Assembly (NCBI GenBank): GCA_963803435.1
Contig: CAWDML010000001.1
Coordinates: 1,920,001 to 1,984,000, forward strand
Source of the DNA: an uncultured delta proteobacterium
GTDB lineage: Bacteria; Myxococcota; Kuafuiibacteriia; Kuafuiibacteriales; Kuafuiibacteriaceae
Direction: 5' to 3'
Length of the DNA stretch: 64,000 nucleotides
Both the position numbers and the translations under genes were made by a program. Each line of letters begins with the position of its first letter. Positions within the stretch are counted from its first letter, which is position 1. Of the stretch, positions 48,495-58,516 are shown in pieces. The notes beneath the pieces were generated by a model. It had not been told where the DNA came from and made no database searches. It worked only from the letters and a program-made list of their open reading frames with translations.

Positions 48495-49367
48495 GTGGAG
48501 CCGATCGATCTGACGATCCTGATCCCCGCGTTCAACGAGGAGGGCGCGATCGCCCTCGAGATCGATCACATCCACTCGGTCATGCGGGACAGCGGTCTCT
48601 GCTACGAGCTGATCGTGGTGGACGACGGCTCCCAGGACCAGACGGCGCGGATCGCCGAGACCAAGGAGTGCCGCGTGATCCGGCAGCCGCGGAACTTCGG
48701 CTATGGCGCCTCGCTGAAGCGCGGCTTCCGCGAGGCCAAGTCGGAGCTGGTGGTCATCACCGACGCCGACGGCACCTACCCCGCCGAGGACATCCCGCGC
48801 CTGATGAGCGAGGCCCGCCACTTCGACATGGTGGTGGGCGCGCGCGTGGGCGAGAACGTCAACATCCCGCTGGTGCGCCGCCCGCCCAAGTGGTTCCTGC
48901 GGATGCTGGCCTCCTATCTCGCCGGCGTGACCATCCCGGACCTGAACTCGGGCCTCCGCGTGATCCGCCGGTCGCACGTGCGGCGCTTCGCCCACATCCT
49001 GCCCTCGGGCTTCTCGTTCACCACCACCATCACCCTCGCGTGCCTCTGCAACGAGCTCACCGTCGGCTACGTCCCCATCGACTACAAGAAGCGGATCGGC
49101 GCCTCCAAGATCCGCTGGTCCCACGCCTATCACTTCCTGATGCTGATCCTGCGGGTGACCGTGCTGTTCAACCCGCTGAAGGTCTTCCTTCCCATGGGCT
49201 TGATCGTGTTCCTGGTCGGCCTGGGGAAGTTCGGCTACGACGTCACCAAGGAGAACCTCTCCGAGAGCGCGGTCATGTGCATCCTGGGCGGGGTGATCAT
49301 CTGGGCCGTCGGTCTGCTCGCCGATCAGAACTCGAAGCTCTCCCTCGACCGCGAGACCTGGGAGTGA
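48495..49367 (+). CDS. Glycosyltransferase family 2 (polyprenol-phosphate sugar synthase-like)
   Basis: ILIPAFNEE, VVDDGSQD, DADG and DLNSG; two C-terminal TMs; start uncertain. Confidence 0.92.
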   Translation: MEPIDLTILIPAFNEEGAIALEIDHIHSVMRDSGLCYELIVVDDGSQDQTARIAETKECRVIRQPRNFGYGASLKRGFREAKSELVVITDADGTYPAEDIPRLMSEARHFDMVVGARVGENVNIPLVRRPPKWFLRMLASYLAGVTIPDLNSGLRVIRRSHVRRFAHILPSGFSFTTTITLACLCNELTVGYVPIDYKKRIGASKIRWSHAYHFLMLILRVTVLFNPLKVFLPMGLIVFLVGLGKFGYDVTKENLSESAVMCILGGVIIWAVGLLADQNSKLSLDRETWE

Positions 49368-50314
49368 AGACCAAGCCGCTCAAGGCGCTCCTCCGGCTGG
49401 TGCTGAGCCTGGCCGTGCTGGCGATCGTCTTCGAGATCGTCGGGGGCGAGCGGATCCTGGAGGCCCTGCGCTCGGTGCGGTGGCTCCCCTGGCTCTCGGC
49501 GCTCTGCGGCTTCCTGGTCCTCCACCTGGCCAGCGCGATCAAGTGGCGCTACTTCCTCAGCCTGTCGGGTGCACAGATCCCCCTGAAGCCGACGTTCCGC
49601 TGCTACAGCGCCGGCCTCTTCGGCAACCTCTGCCTGCCCTCGCTGGTGGGCGGCGACGTCCTGCGCGCCGGGCTCGCCATGCGCCACACCAAGGAGAAGG
49701 AGGCCGTGGTCCTTTCGACGGTCATCGAGCGCCTCTCCGACGTGGCCGCGCTGGGCGTGCTCACGCTCTTCGGGATGATCGCGCTGCCCTCGGCGGTCGG
49801 CGAGCTGCACGCCGGCGCCGTCGACGGCTTCGTGGTGTTCGGGCTGCTGCTCGCGGGCGCCGTGATCGCCGGGTTCGGCGGCTGGTACCTGATGACCAAG
49901 GTGCCGCTCCGCAGGATGCCCAAGAAGCTCGCCAAGTTCTTCATCAAGGCGCTGCGGGCCTTCCGCACCGTGAAAGATCGGCCGCTCCGGCTCCTGCTGG
50001 GCGCGGCGATCTGCGTCGCGCTCCAGGCCGGCTTCGTCCTCATCAACGTCGGCCTCGGCGACATGATGGGCATGGACCTCGACCTCCGGCTCTGGTTCCT
50101 CCTCTGGCCGCTGTCGAAGATCGCCTCGATGCTCCCGGTCAGCCTCGGCGGGCTCGGCGTCCGCGAGGCGACGTTCGGGCTCCTGGTGAAGCCGTTCCTC
50201 GACAGCCGCCTGGCCGTGGCCGAGTCGCTGATCTGGCAGACCGTCCTCATCACCGGCGGCCTGATCGCCGGCGCGTACTGGCTCGCCTCGGGGACCCGGG
50301 ATGAAGCCCGCTGA
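49364..50314 (+). CDS. LPG-synthase TM / UPF0104 flippase-like protein
   Basis: KW..FL, NLCLPSLVGGDVLR, ERLSD and PVSLGGLGVREA. Confidence 0.88.
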   Translation: MKTKPLKALLRLVLSLAVLAIVFEIVGGERILEALRSVRWLPWLSALCGFLVLHLASAIKWRYFLSLSGAQIPLKPTFRCYSAGLFGNLCLPSLVGGDVLRAGLAMRHTKEKEAVVLSTVIERLSDVAALGVLTLFGMIALPSAVGELHAGAVDGFVVFGLLLAGAVIAGFGGWYLMTKVPLRRMPKKLAKFFIKALRAFRTVKDRPLRLLLGAAICVALQAGFVLINVGLGDMMGMDLDLRLWFLLWPLSKIASMLPVSLGGLGVREATFGLLVKPFLDSRLAVAESLIWQTVLITGGLIAGAYWLASGTRDEAR

Positions 50315-51737
50315 GCGCCTGCCCCCCGCGGTCTTCGCGGCCTTCGTGGCGGTCGCGCTGGCCCTCCGGCTCCCGCGCCTCGACACCGGCCTCTGGTACG
50401 ACGAGATCTGGACGCTGGTGGACTTCGGCGGGCTCCCGTTCGGCACGCTCCTGACCACCTACGGCTCGGACAACAACCACCCGCTGTTCACGATCCTGGC
50501 CTGGATCTCGATCCACGTTTTCGGCCCCTCGACCTGGGCGCTCCGGCTCCCCGCGCTGGTGTTCGGCGTCGCGAGCGTGGCGATGCTCCTCCGCCTGGCG
50601 AGCCGCCTCGCGCCGCGCGGGGAGGCCCTGGCCGCCACCGCGCTCCTGACGGTCTCCTATCACCACGTCTGGTTCAGCCAGAACGCCCGCGGCTACACGG
50701 CGCTCCTGTTCTTCAGCCTGGCGGCCACCGACGGCCTGGTGCGCCTCCTCGAGGGCGACCGTCGCGCCTTCATCCCGTACGGCGTCTCGATCGCGCTCGC
50801 CACCTACACGCACATGACCGGCGTCTTCGTGGCCATGGCCCACGGGATCGTGCTCCTGATGCTCCTCGCCAGACGGGAGCCGGCCGCGCGACCGCTGCTG
50901 TACGGCCTGGCGGCGGGCACCATCGGATCGCTGCTCCTGCACGCCCCCATCCTGCGGGAGATGATCGAGTTCCTCTTCCTCCGGCGGCCGCAGATCAACG
51001 TGAAGTCGGAGTGGGTCAGCCCCTGGTGGACGATCCGCGCGGTCGCGCTCAGCCTGGGCGCCGGCTTGATCCCGGGCATGATCGCGCTGGCCGGCGGTGC
51101 GGCCGTCCTGATCGCGGGTGTTGCCGGCTGGTGGCGGGCGAACGCGCGGCTGACGGTCGCGTTCCTCGCGCCCGGGATGATCGGCGCTGCCGTCATGGTG
51201 GGGTTGGGGCGCAACCTGTGGCCCCGATTCTTCTTCTTCCTGGCCGGCTTCCTCCTGCTGATCATCGTGCGCGGCCTGTCGATCCTGGCCCGACTCCTGG
51301 CCCGCTTCGCCCCGTTCGATCTGCGGAGGCCGGCGGACCGCGCGCTCTTCTCGGCCGGCGTTACGGTCATGCTGCTCGGGTTCCTGGCGATCCTCCCGCG
51401 GGCCTATCTGCCCAAGCAGGACTTCGTCGGGGCGCGGGCGTACGTCGATCAGGTGCGGCAGCCCGGGCAGGTGATCATGACCGCCGGGTTGACCGACCTG
51501 CCGTACCAGCGGTGGTTGAAGACGAGCTACGTCTCGATCGACTCGGTGACGGCGCTCGATCGCGCGCTGTCCGGCACGGCGGGCGGCTACCTGCTCAGCA
51601 CGCTCCCGACCTACCTCGAGTCGCGGCTCCCGGAGCTGGCGGCCGAGGTCAGCCGGCGCGGAACCGAGGTCAAGCGCTTCCCGGGCACGCTGGGCGGCGG
51701 CGACGTCGTGGTCATCCGCTTCCAAGCGACGCCTTGA
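50301..51737 (+). CDS. GT-C fold (GT39/ArnT-like) membrane glycosyltransferase
   Basis: LWYDE, NHPLF, LRLPA..G and SQNARGY; multiple TMs. Confidence 0.88.
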   Translation: MKPAERLPPAVFAAFVAVALALRLPRLDTGLWYDEIWTLVDFGGLPFGTLLTTYGSDNNHPLFTILAWISIHVFGPSTWALRLPALVFGVASVAMLLRLASRLAPRGEALAATALLTVSYHHVWFSQNARGYTALLFFSLAATDGLVRLLEGDRRAFIPYGVSIALATYTHMTGVFVAMAHGIVLLMLLARREPAARPLLYGLAAGTIGSLLLHAPILREMIEFLFLRRPQINVKSEWVSPWWTIRAVALSLGAGLIPGMIALAGGAAVLIAGVAGWWRANARLTVAFLAPGMIGAAVMVGLGRNLWPRFFFFLAGFLLLIIVRGLSILARLLARFAPFDLRRPADRALFSAGVTVMLLGFLAILPRAYLPKQDFVGARAYVDQVRQPGQVIMTAGLTDLPYQRWLKTSYVSIDSVTALDRALSGTAGGYLLSTLPTYLESRLPELAAEVSRRGTEVKRFPGTLGGGDVVVIRFQATP

Positions 51738-51756
51738 CTTGCTACGTTCTCCGCCG

Positions 51757-52699
51757 GTGTTGACCTCGAAGCGTGTCCTGGTGACCGGCGGTGCGGGCTT
51801 TCTGGGCTCGCACCTCTGCGAGCGGCTCCTCCACGACGGTCACGACGTGGTCTGCGCCGACAACTATTTCACGGGGCGCAAGTCGAACATCGTGCACCTG
51901 ATGAACCACCCGATGTTCGAGGTCCTGCGGCACGACATCACGTTCCCGCTCTACGTCGAGGTGGACGACATCTACAACATGGCCTGCCCGGCCTCGCCGG
52001 TTCACTACCAGTACGATCCGGTGGCGACGACCAAGACCAGCGTCCACGGCGCCATCAACATGCTGGGCCTGGCCAAGCGGACCGGCGCGAAGATCTTCCA
52101 GGCCTCCACCAGCGAGGTCTACGGCGATCCCGAGGTGCACCCGCAGGTCGAGGAGTACCGTGGCAGCGCGAACCCCATCGGCCCGCGCGCCTGCTACGAC
52201 GAGGGCAAGCGCTGCGCCGAGACGCTCTTCTTCGACTACCTGCGCCAGCACAAGGTCCGCATCAAGGTGGCGCGCATCTTCAACACCTACGGCCCCCGGA
52301 TGCACCCGCAGGACGGGCGCGTGGTGTCGAACTTCATCATGCAGGCGCTGGCCGGCCAGCCGATCACGATCTACGGCGAGGGCAACCAGACCCGCTCGTT
52401 CTGCTACGTCGACGATCTGATCGAGGGCATCGTGCGCTTCATGGGCGAGGCCGACGAGACGACCGGCCCGCTCAACCTCGGCAACCCGCACGAGATCACG
52501 ATCCGGGAGCTGGCGGAGACGATCATCCGTCTGACGGGGTCGAGATCGAAGCTCGATCTTCGCTCCGCTGCCCGAGGACGATCCCGTCCGCCGGTGCCCG
52601 GACATCTCGAGGGCGCGCGCCACGCTGGCCTGGGAGCCGAAGGTTCGACTGGAGGAAGGCCTCGAGCGGACGATCGCGTTCTTCCGGACGATCGCGTGA
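51757..52699 (+). CDS. UDP-glucuronate decarboxylase (UDP-xylose synthase) (frameshift near 52554)
   Basis: [45 protein letters not shown]; tail PLPEDDP.RR.PDI in shifted frame. Confidence 0.93.
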
Positions 52700-52776
52700 C
52701 CGCCGGCGCGATCACCCCCCGCGGCCCTGGCTCGGGTCGTACCCGATCCCGATCGTGTGGGCCGCAAACGACACGA

Positions 52777-53331
52777 TCAGTCGTCGAGCAGGAACGTTTC
52801 CGCGCGCGCCAGCGCGGCGGTGTCGGCGAGGACGTCCTTCGGGCGGTTGCCGAAGCCCAGCAGGCTGCCGGCCCACCTCATGTCGAGGTATTCGGCGGAG
52901 AGGCGGAGCGTCGCGAGGAGCGGCTCGGCGAGGCGATGGTCCTCGTCGGAGAGCGCGGTGATGTTGCGAAGGCTCTTGCCGGCCATCCGCGCCTTGAAGT
53001 CGACCTCGGTCGATCGGAGCCAGGCGCTCCAGTAGTCGAGGTAGAGCTTCGCCGCGGCGGGGAGGCTGTACCAGTACACCGGCGCGACGAACACCAGGTC
53101 GGTGGCGGCGAGCGTCGCGCGGAAGAGGACGCGCTCGGGACCGGTCGGGGCGGGGAACGGGACGCCCGCATGGCGGAGATCCTCGAACGGCGGGAGCGGG
53201 TGCTCGCTGAGGCGGAGCCACACCTGAGACGTCGTCTCCGGGAGCGCAGCCGCCGCCCGGCGGGCCAGCGTCTCGCTGTTGCCGTCGCGGCGGGCGCTCG
53301 CCAGCAGGAACAGGAAGGCACGCGCGGTCAT
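52777..53331 (-). CDS. Flavodoxin-like NAD(P)H-dependent FMN reductase
   Basis: [12 protein letters not shown] and [10 protein letters not shown]. Confidence 0.88.
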   Translation of the reverse strand: MTARAFLFLLASARRDGNSETLARRAAAALPETTSQVWLRLSEHPLPPFEDLRHAGVPFPAPTGPERVLFRATLAATDLVFVAPVYWYSLPAAAKLYLDYWSAWLRSTEVDFKARMAGKSLRNITALSDEDHRLAEPLLATLRLSAEYLDMRWAGSLLGFGNRPKDVLADTAALARAETFLLDD

Positions 53332-53435
53332 GGGACCTGGAATATCACGCCGTCACCCACTTGCGGGGCAGAGTCTCCGTGGTGCACACGGATCGTCTCG
53401 ACCTTTCGCCCTGCAGACCGAGCTGGTCGTCGCAC

Positions 53436-54650
53436 TCAGAACGTCACGGGTCCCGGCTCCGCGCGGGAGAACAGCGATCCGTCCCCGAGCTGGCCGGCGT
53501 CGTTGTTGCCGAAGCAGAGCACCGCACCCGCCGAGAGCACGCAGGTGTGGGCGCCCCCGGCCACGACGTGCTCGACGCTGCCGGCGTCGACCTCGACAGG
53601 CGTCGTCGTCTGGCTGGTGATGTCGGGACCGATGCGTCCGTCCGAAGCGGAGCCCCAGCAGAACAGGCGATGGTCGGCGGTCCGGGCGCAGGCGTGGATG
53701 TCGCCGGCGGCGAGCTCGACGATCTCCGGGAGGCCGTCCACGTCGACGGGCGCGTCGCTCAAATCCTCCACCTCGGCGCCGAGCTGGCCCACGTAGTTGG
53801 AGCCCCAACACGAGACCCGGCCGCCGCTCCGGAGCGCGCAGCCGTAGCTCTCGCCGGCGACCACGTCGACCGCGTCCTCGATGCCGAGGACCGTCTGGGG
53901 CTCCGGAGTCGAACCGCGCTGGCTGAGTCCGGCGCCCAGCTGGCCGGACGCGTTGCTGCCCCAGCAGAGAATCCGGCCGCCGGTGAGCGCACAAGAGTGA
54001 TCGCTGCCGGTGGCGACCTTCTCGGCGCCGGTGATCCCCGGGATCAGGACGGGGGTGCGGCGCCAGTCCTCGGACAGCTCGGCGAGCTCGCCGTTGTTGT
54101 TCTCGCCCCAGCAGACGACCTGCTGCGAGGCGAGGACGGCGCAGTAGTGATAGTGGCCGCCGGTGATCGCGACGCCGTCCGACATCCCGTGCATGCACTT
54201 CGGAACGTCGGAGGAGACCGGATCGAGGAGGTCGAAGCCGTAGGGCCCGATCATGCCCCAGCAGGCCGCGACGCCGCCGGCGCGAAGGGCGCAGCTGCGC
54301 TCGGTACCGATCGCAATGTCGATGGCGTCGTCCAGCCCGCGGACGCCCACGGGCGTGGCGCGCTTGTTGTCGCGCGTGCCGTCGCCGACGCTGCCGAGTC
54401 GATTGTCGCCCCAGCACTCGACGGCGCCGGAGGCGAACAGCGCGCACGTGTGGCGATCGCCCGCGGCGAGCTTTACCACGCCCCCGCTGGCGGCCCCTGG
54501 CTCGCCGGTGAGGCCGAGGTAGCACGGGCCGCTCTCGCCGGGATCATTCGGATCGTTCATGCCGGGGGGCAGCGTGCCGATCGTCTTCGGGCGCTCGCTG
54601 CAGGCCAGGGCGAGCGGGAGGAACAGAGACAACTGCACGGAGATCTTCAT
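53436..54650 (-). CDS. RCC1-repeat beta-propeller lipoprotein
   Basis: LALAC lipobox; repeated HTCA....CWG.N..GQLG units. Confidence 0.9.
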   Translation of the reverse strand: MKISVQLSLFLPLALACSERPKTIGTLPPGMNDPNDPGESGPCYLGLTGEPGAASGGVVKLAAGDRHTCALFASGAVECWGDNRLGSVGDGTRDNKRATPVGVRGLDDAIDIAIGTERSCALRAGGVAACWGMIGPYGFDLLDPVSSDVPKCMHGMSDGVAITGGHYHYCAVLASQQVVCWGENNNGELAELSEDWRRTPVLIPGITGAEKVATGSDHSCALTGGRILCWGSNASGQLGAGLSQRGSTPEPQTVLGIEDAVDVVAGESYGCALRSGGRVSCWGSNYVGQLGAEVEDLSDAPVDVDGLPEIVELAAGDIHACARTADHRLFCWGSASDGRIGPDITSQTTTPVEVDAGSVEHVVAGGAHTCVLSAGAVLCFGNNDAGQLGDGSLFSRAEPGPVTF

Positions 54651-55300
54651 CGTCGTCCTTCGTGCCCGGGGAGGCACTGATTCATCACGCGATCTGCTTG
54701 CGGCGAGCGGGGGTAGCGCTTCAGGAAGGCGCGCGCGAGGGCTGCCGCGGCGGAGCGTCCGGCGCGGCACGACGCCAGCGCCTCGAGGGCGTCGCGCTCC
54801 TCGACCAGCGGGGAGCCGGGGAACTTCTTCCGGTGGGCCTCGATCCGCCGGAGCGCGTCGTCGGCGGCGCCCTGGGAGAACGCGACCTGCGCCTGGCGAA
54901 GCTCCGCGATCTGGACCGCGAGGCTCGCGCGCCGTCCCCGGCGCGGGTGGCGCCGGCGGGGCTCGACCTGAGGTGGCGGCGGCGGCTCGGGCGCGACCGG
55001 CGGCGGTGGAGGCCCGATCGCCTCGACGATCGGCGGCGGGGGCGGAGGAGGCGGCGCCTCGATCGTGGGCCGAGTCGCCAGGTAGGCGGCGGTCAACAGG
55101 CCGCCCGCACCGCCGATCAGGCCGGCGATCCACGCGATCGGGAGCGACGCTCCAGGCGGCGGCAGGTCGATCGGCGGGGGGAGCCCGGCGGCGAGGCTGG
55201 CCTCGAGCGCGGCCCAGGTCGAGGTCTTCGCGGCGGGGGGAGCCGCGTGCATCACCGACTTCTCGGCGGCGATCAGCGTGTCGAGGAGGTCGTTCATCAC
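54647..55300 (-). CDS. Membrane protein with Pro-rich linker and TPR (putative anti-sigma)
   Basis: TM helix; poly-Pro; HRKKFPGSPLVEER and FLKRYPRSP; follows ECF gene. Confidence 0.7.
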   Translation of the reverse strand: MMNDLLDTLIAAEKSVMHAAPPAAKTSTWAALEASLAAGLPPPIDLPPPGASLPIAWIAGLIGGAGGLLTAAYLATRPTIEAPPPPPPPPIVEAIGPPPPPVAPEPPPPPQVEPRRRHPRRGRRASLAVQIAELRQAQVAFSQGAADDALRRIEAHRKKFPGSPLVEERDALEALASCRAGRSAAAALARAFLKRYPRSPQADRVMNQCLPGHEGRR

Positions 55301-55863
55301 CGCTCCCCCTCGGCCCGGATGCGGGCGGCGGCGGCGGTCAGCTTCTCGCGCGCCGCCCGGATCCGCGAGTAGATGGTGGCCTCCTTGATCCCGAAGGCCT
55401 CACCGATCTCGCGCGCGGTCATGCCCTCGAGCTCCGACAGGATGAAGGCGATCCGCTTGTCCTCGTCGAGCTGCCCGAGCAAGCGGTGGAGGAGCTGCGC
55501 GGCCTCCCGCTGCGCGTGTGTGTCGACCGCAGGCTCGCGTGAGGCTTCGCCGGCGACGGCCTCGACGCGCCGGAGGTGGCGCGCGCGATCGCGCCGCTGT
55601 CGCTGGACGACCCGAACCGCGATCGCGAAGAGCCAGGTCTTGATCGAGGCGCGGCCCTCGAACTCGTCGAGCCGGCGCGCCACCACCAGGAAGACGTCGT
55701 GGGCGGCGTCGGCGGCGGCGCTCTCGTGCGCCCCGAGGCGCAGCACGCTCCGCCAGACGAAGTCGTAGTGCTCCTGATAGACGCGGCGGAGCGCCTCGCT
55801 CGCGCCCGGCGCCCGCGTCTCGGCGGCCTCCCTGATGCTGGCGAAGGCGAGCACGGCGCACAC
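55297..55863 (-). CDS. ECF sigma factor
   Basis: DFVWRSVLRLG, DAAHDVF, FEGRASIKTWLFAIA and EATIYSRIRAAR. Confidence 0.92.
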   Translation of the reverse strand: MCAVLAFASIREAAETRAPGASEALRRVYQEHYDFVWRSVLRLGAHESAAADAAHDVFLVVARRLDEFEGRASIKTWLFAIAVRVVQRQRRDRARHLRRVEAVAGEASREPAVDTHAQREAAQLLHRLLGQLDEDKRIAFILSELEGMTAREIGEAFGIKEATIYSRIRAAREKLTAAAARIRAEGER

Positions 55864-55896
55864 GTCCCTTGGTGCCCACCTTGGCCAAATTCCATC

Positions 55897-56847
55897 TCAA
55901 AAGAATCGGACTTCGATCCCGAGCAAACCCCGCCCCCCGAAGCGCGCCGGCCGGTGCACCTCCCCGAATCCCATGACCTCGTAACTGGGCCGGACAAGAG
56001 AGAAAAACGCCTCTCCCGAGGCGCGGATCGCCACGAGCTCGACCGGCGCCCAGGCGATCCCGGCGGAGAGGATCGCCGCCGCCCACAGGCTTCGACCCGC
56101 CGACTCGTCAGCGAGCGCGACCGGATCCGCCCGGAGCTGGCCCAGATCGAGGCCGGCGCAGATCGAGGCCTCCACCGCCCACGGATACGTGGGACAGGCG
56201 CGACCGCCCACCGCGATCAGCGAGACGTCCGCGCCCGACTCGGGCTGCGCGGCGAACCGCACCGAGCGCTCGAACCAGTAGCCCCCGATCGCCTCGAGCC
56301 GGAGGTAGCGCCACAGGAGCGCGCCGGCCACCAGCACGCCGGCGCCCGACGTCGGTCGCACGCCGGTCTCGTACGCACCGAGCGCAGACAACCCGAGCCG
56401 GGGCCAAGGGATCCCGAACGGCAGCCCTGTCGTCTCGCCCGGCGGTCTCGGCGTGATCGGGGGCGGCGGCGACTCCACCGGCGGCGGCGGCGAGGGTGGA
56501 GGAGGAGGCGCCGGTGGCGGCGCTGGCGGAGGCGGCGGGGGCTCGAGCGCCGACGGATCGATCGCAAGCGCCACGATCAGCGCGGCGGCGTCCGCGAGCG
56601 CTCGACACGAGACGTCGTCCAGGCGCCGCGAGAAGGGACCGCCCGAGCCATCGCCGGTGATCTGGAGGACGAACCGATCCGCTTCGCGCGTCACCACGGC
56701 GTGGACGTCAACCCATCTTGCAAACGGTCGATCGAGCGATCGCCCCAGCAGCGACTCCACGTCCGCACGAATCGCGCTCTCCTTCGGACACTCCGGCGGG
56801 GCCGCCCACGAAAGCGCGACGCCGAGCGCGATCAATCCAAAGGCCAC
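55897..56847 (-). CDS. Secreted protein with C-terminal outer-membrane beta-barrel-like region
   Basis: Signal peptide; C.ALADAAALIVALAIDP; Pro linker; amphipathic strands ending in Phe. Confidence 0.7.
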   Translation of the reverse strand: MAFGLIALGVALSWAAPPECPKESAIRADVESLLGRSLDRPFARWVDVHAVVTREADRFVLQITGDGSGGPFSRRLDDVSCRALADAAALIVALAIDPSALEPPPPPPAPPPAPPPPPSPPPPVESPPPPITPRPPGETTGLPFGIPWPRLGLSALGAYETGVRPTSGAGVLVAGALLWRYLRLEAIGGYWFERSVRFAAQPESGADVSLIAVGGRACPTYPWAVEASICAGLDLGQLRADPVALADESAGRSLWAAAILSAGIAWAPVELVAIRASGEAFFSLVRPSYEVMGFGEVHRPARFGGRGLLGIEVRFF

Positions 56848-56951
56848 GGGTGCGCAGGTTAAGGTCGCTACCGGGATTTGGGTAGAGTGATCGCCCGCGC
56901 GGACGCATCCTCCTCGCCTTGACGTTCGAGGCCCGTGGCCACGCTCTGGGC

Positions 56952-57488
56952 ATGAAAGGGATCAAGCGTTTACTTCCGTTCCGTCGCAACGAGCGAGACC
57001 TGCCGGTAAAACGCGCGGAGGAGGGCGAGCATCATCCGCTGGTGCAGATGCGTCAGGAGATGGATCAGATGTTCGACCGCTTCTTGCGTAACCCATTCGG
57101 CAGCGATCTCCTGTTCGGCGACGTCGACCGCTGGTTCGGAGACTTCAGCCCGAACCGATTCGTACCGAGCGTCGACATCTCCGACGAGAAGAAGAATCTG
57201 CGCATCACCATGGAGCTTCCCGGCTTGGGCCGTGACGACATCGAGCTCGAGATCGCGCCCGATCACGTGCGCGTCCATGGGGAGAAGAAGACCGAGGAGA
57301 CGTCCGACGAGGGCGGCTACTACCGCACGGAGCGGGCGTACGGCAGCTTCGAGCGCGTCATCCCGCTGCCGGTCGATGTCGACGCGGATCGCGCGGAGGC
57401 GTCGTTCGAATCCGGGGTCCTCTCGGTGAAGCTCCCCAAGGTCGGGGGCGCTCCGGAGGCGCGGCGCATCCCCATCCGGGGCACTTGA
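56952..57488 (+). CDS. Hsp20 small heat-shock protein
   Basis: PSVDI.D, ELPG, ERAYGSFER and A.FESGVLSVKLPK. Confidence 0.93.
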   Translation: MKGIKRLLPFRRNERDLPVKRAEEGEHHPLVQMRQEMDQMFDRFLRNPFGSDLLFGDVDRWFGDFSPNRFVPSVDISDEKKNLRITMELPGLGRDDIELEIAPDHVRVHGEKKTEETSDEGGYYRTERAYGSFERVIPLPVDVDADRAEASFESGVLSVKLPKVGGAPEARRIPIRGT

Positions 57489-57562
57489 CGCGCTGGGCGA
57501 CGAGCTTAATCGGTGGGGCGAGCGGCGCGCCCGCCGCCACCAACAACTGAGGAGGATCGACC

Positions 57563-57985
57563 ATGCTGACGCGCTGGTTCGAGGCGCCCGCGATTCCGCG
57601 GGACCTGCTGCAGACCTTTTTCGATGACACCCCCTTCCGTCTGGACCGCCGCATCGCTCATGCTGCGCCGCGGTTCAACGTCTCCGATCTGGAGAACGAA
57701 GTGCTCATCCGAGCCGAGCTTCCCGGCCTCACCGAGAAGGAGCTCTCGATCACCGTGGAGAACGACCGGCTCACCGTACGCGGCGAGCGCGCGCTCGACA
57801 TTCCGGAGGGCTACCGCGTTCAGAAGCGCGAGCGCCCTCCGCTGAAGTTCAGCCAGACGTTCACGTTCTCCAACAAGATGAACCTCGAAGCGACCGAGGC
57901 GAAGCTCGAGAACGGAGTCCTCACGGTCCGGATCCCGAAGCGTCCCGAAGCTCAGCCCCGCGAGATTCCAGTCAAGGCTTCCTGA
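57563..57985 (+). CDS. Hsp20 small heat-shock protein
   Basis: AELPG, LTVRGER and AKLENGVLTVRIPK; GAGG RBS. Confidence 0.93.
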   Translation: MLTRWFEAPAIPRDLLQTFFDDTPFRLDRRIAHAAPRFNVSDLENEVLIRAELPGLTEKELSITVENDRLTVRGERALDIPEGYRVQKRERPPLKFSQTFTFSNKMNLEATEAKLENGVLTVRIPKRPEAQPREIPVKAS

Positions 57986-57996
57986 GGAGGTATGTC

Positions 57997-58335
57997 ATGA
58001 TGAACGAGAAGGAAACGACGACGGAGAGATCGTGGGCCAGCGCTGCCATCGACGTCCTCGAGGGTACGGACGAGTACCTGGTGGTGGCGGACGTTCCCGG
58101 CGTGAAGCAGGACGACGTCACGATCCAGTACGAGGACGGTGAGCTCCGGCTCGAGGCCCACAGGGCGGGGGTGCCGGACGAGAGCTGGGCCACGGACCTC
58201 CGGCGCGTGCTCGCCGTGGGACGGGACGTGGACGTCGACCGGATCAGCGCCGAGCTCGACAACGGGGTACTGCGCGTGCGGCTCCCCAAGAGCGAGACTG
58301 CCAAGCCCCGGCAGATCCCGATCGCCGTCCCGTAA
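57997..58335 (+). CDS. Hsp20 small heat-shock protein
   Basis: ADVPGV and ISAELDNGVLRVRLPK. Confidence 0.92.
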   Translation: MMNEKETTTERSWASAAIDVLEGTDEYLVVADVPGVKQDDVTIQYEDGELRLEAHRAGVPDESWATDLRRVLAVGRDVDVDRISAELDNGVLRVRLPKSETAKPRQIPIAVP

Positions 58336-58453
58336 CCTGCGACCCATCGTCGCACGCCGAGCAGCGCTGATCCGCCACATGTTCTGGAGCACGAGCAGGA
58401 ATCGATTGAGCCCGCTGGATTGTGCAACATCCGCACCCGCCTTCATCGTGCAC

Positions 58454-58480
58454 GCAACGAGCGCCTGAATCCTCCGATAT
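58454..58480 (+). promoter_or_regulatory. Sigma28-like promoter
   Basis: GCAA-N15-TCCGATAT upstream of GGAGG RBS and ATG 58517. Confidence 0.4.
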
Positions 58481-58516
58481 TGCCGAACGAAAGCAACCAC
58501 CCGGAGGAAGTTAGTC

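Noticed and set aside
53335-53435. Possible riboswitch upstream of the flavodoxin-like gene
   Set aside because: Only short hairpins; no recognisable aptamer consensus
51739-53796. Extended 685-aa UDP-xylose synthase
   Set aside because: The conserved C-terminus lies in another frame after 52554; the extension is antisense to real genes
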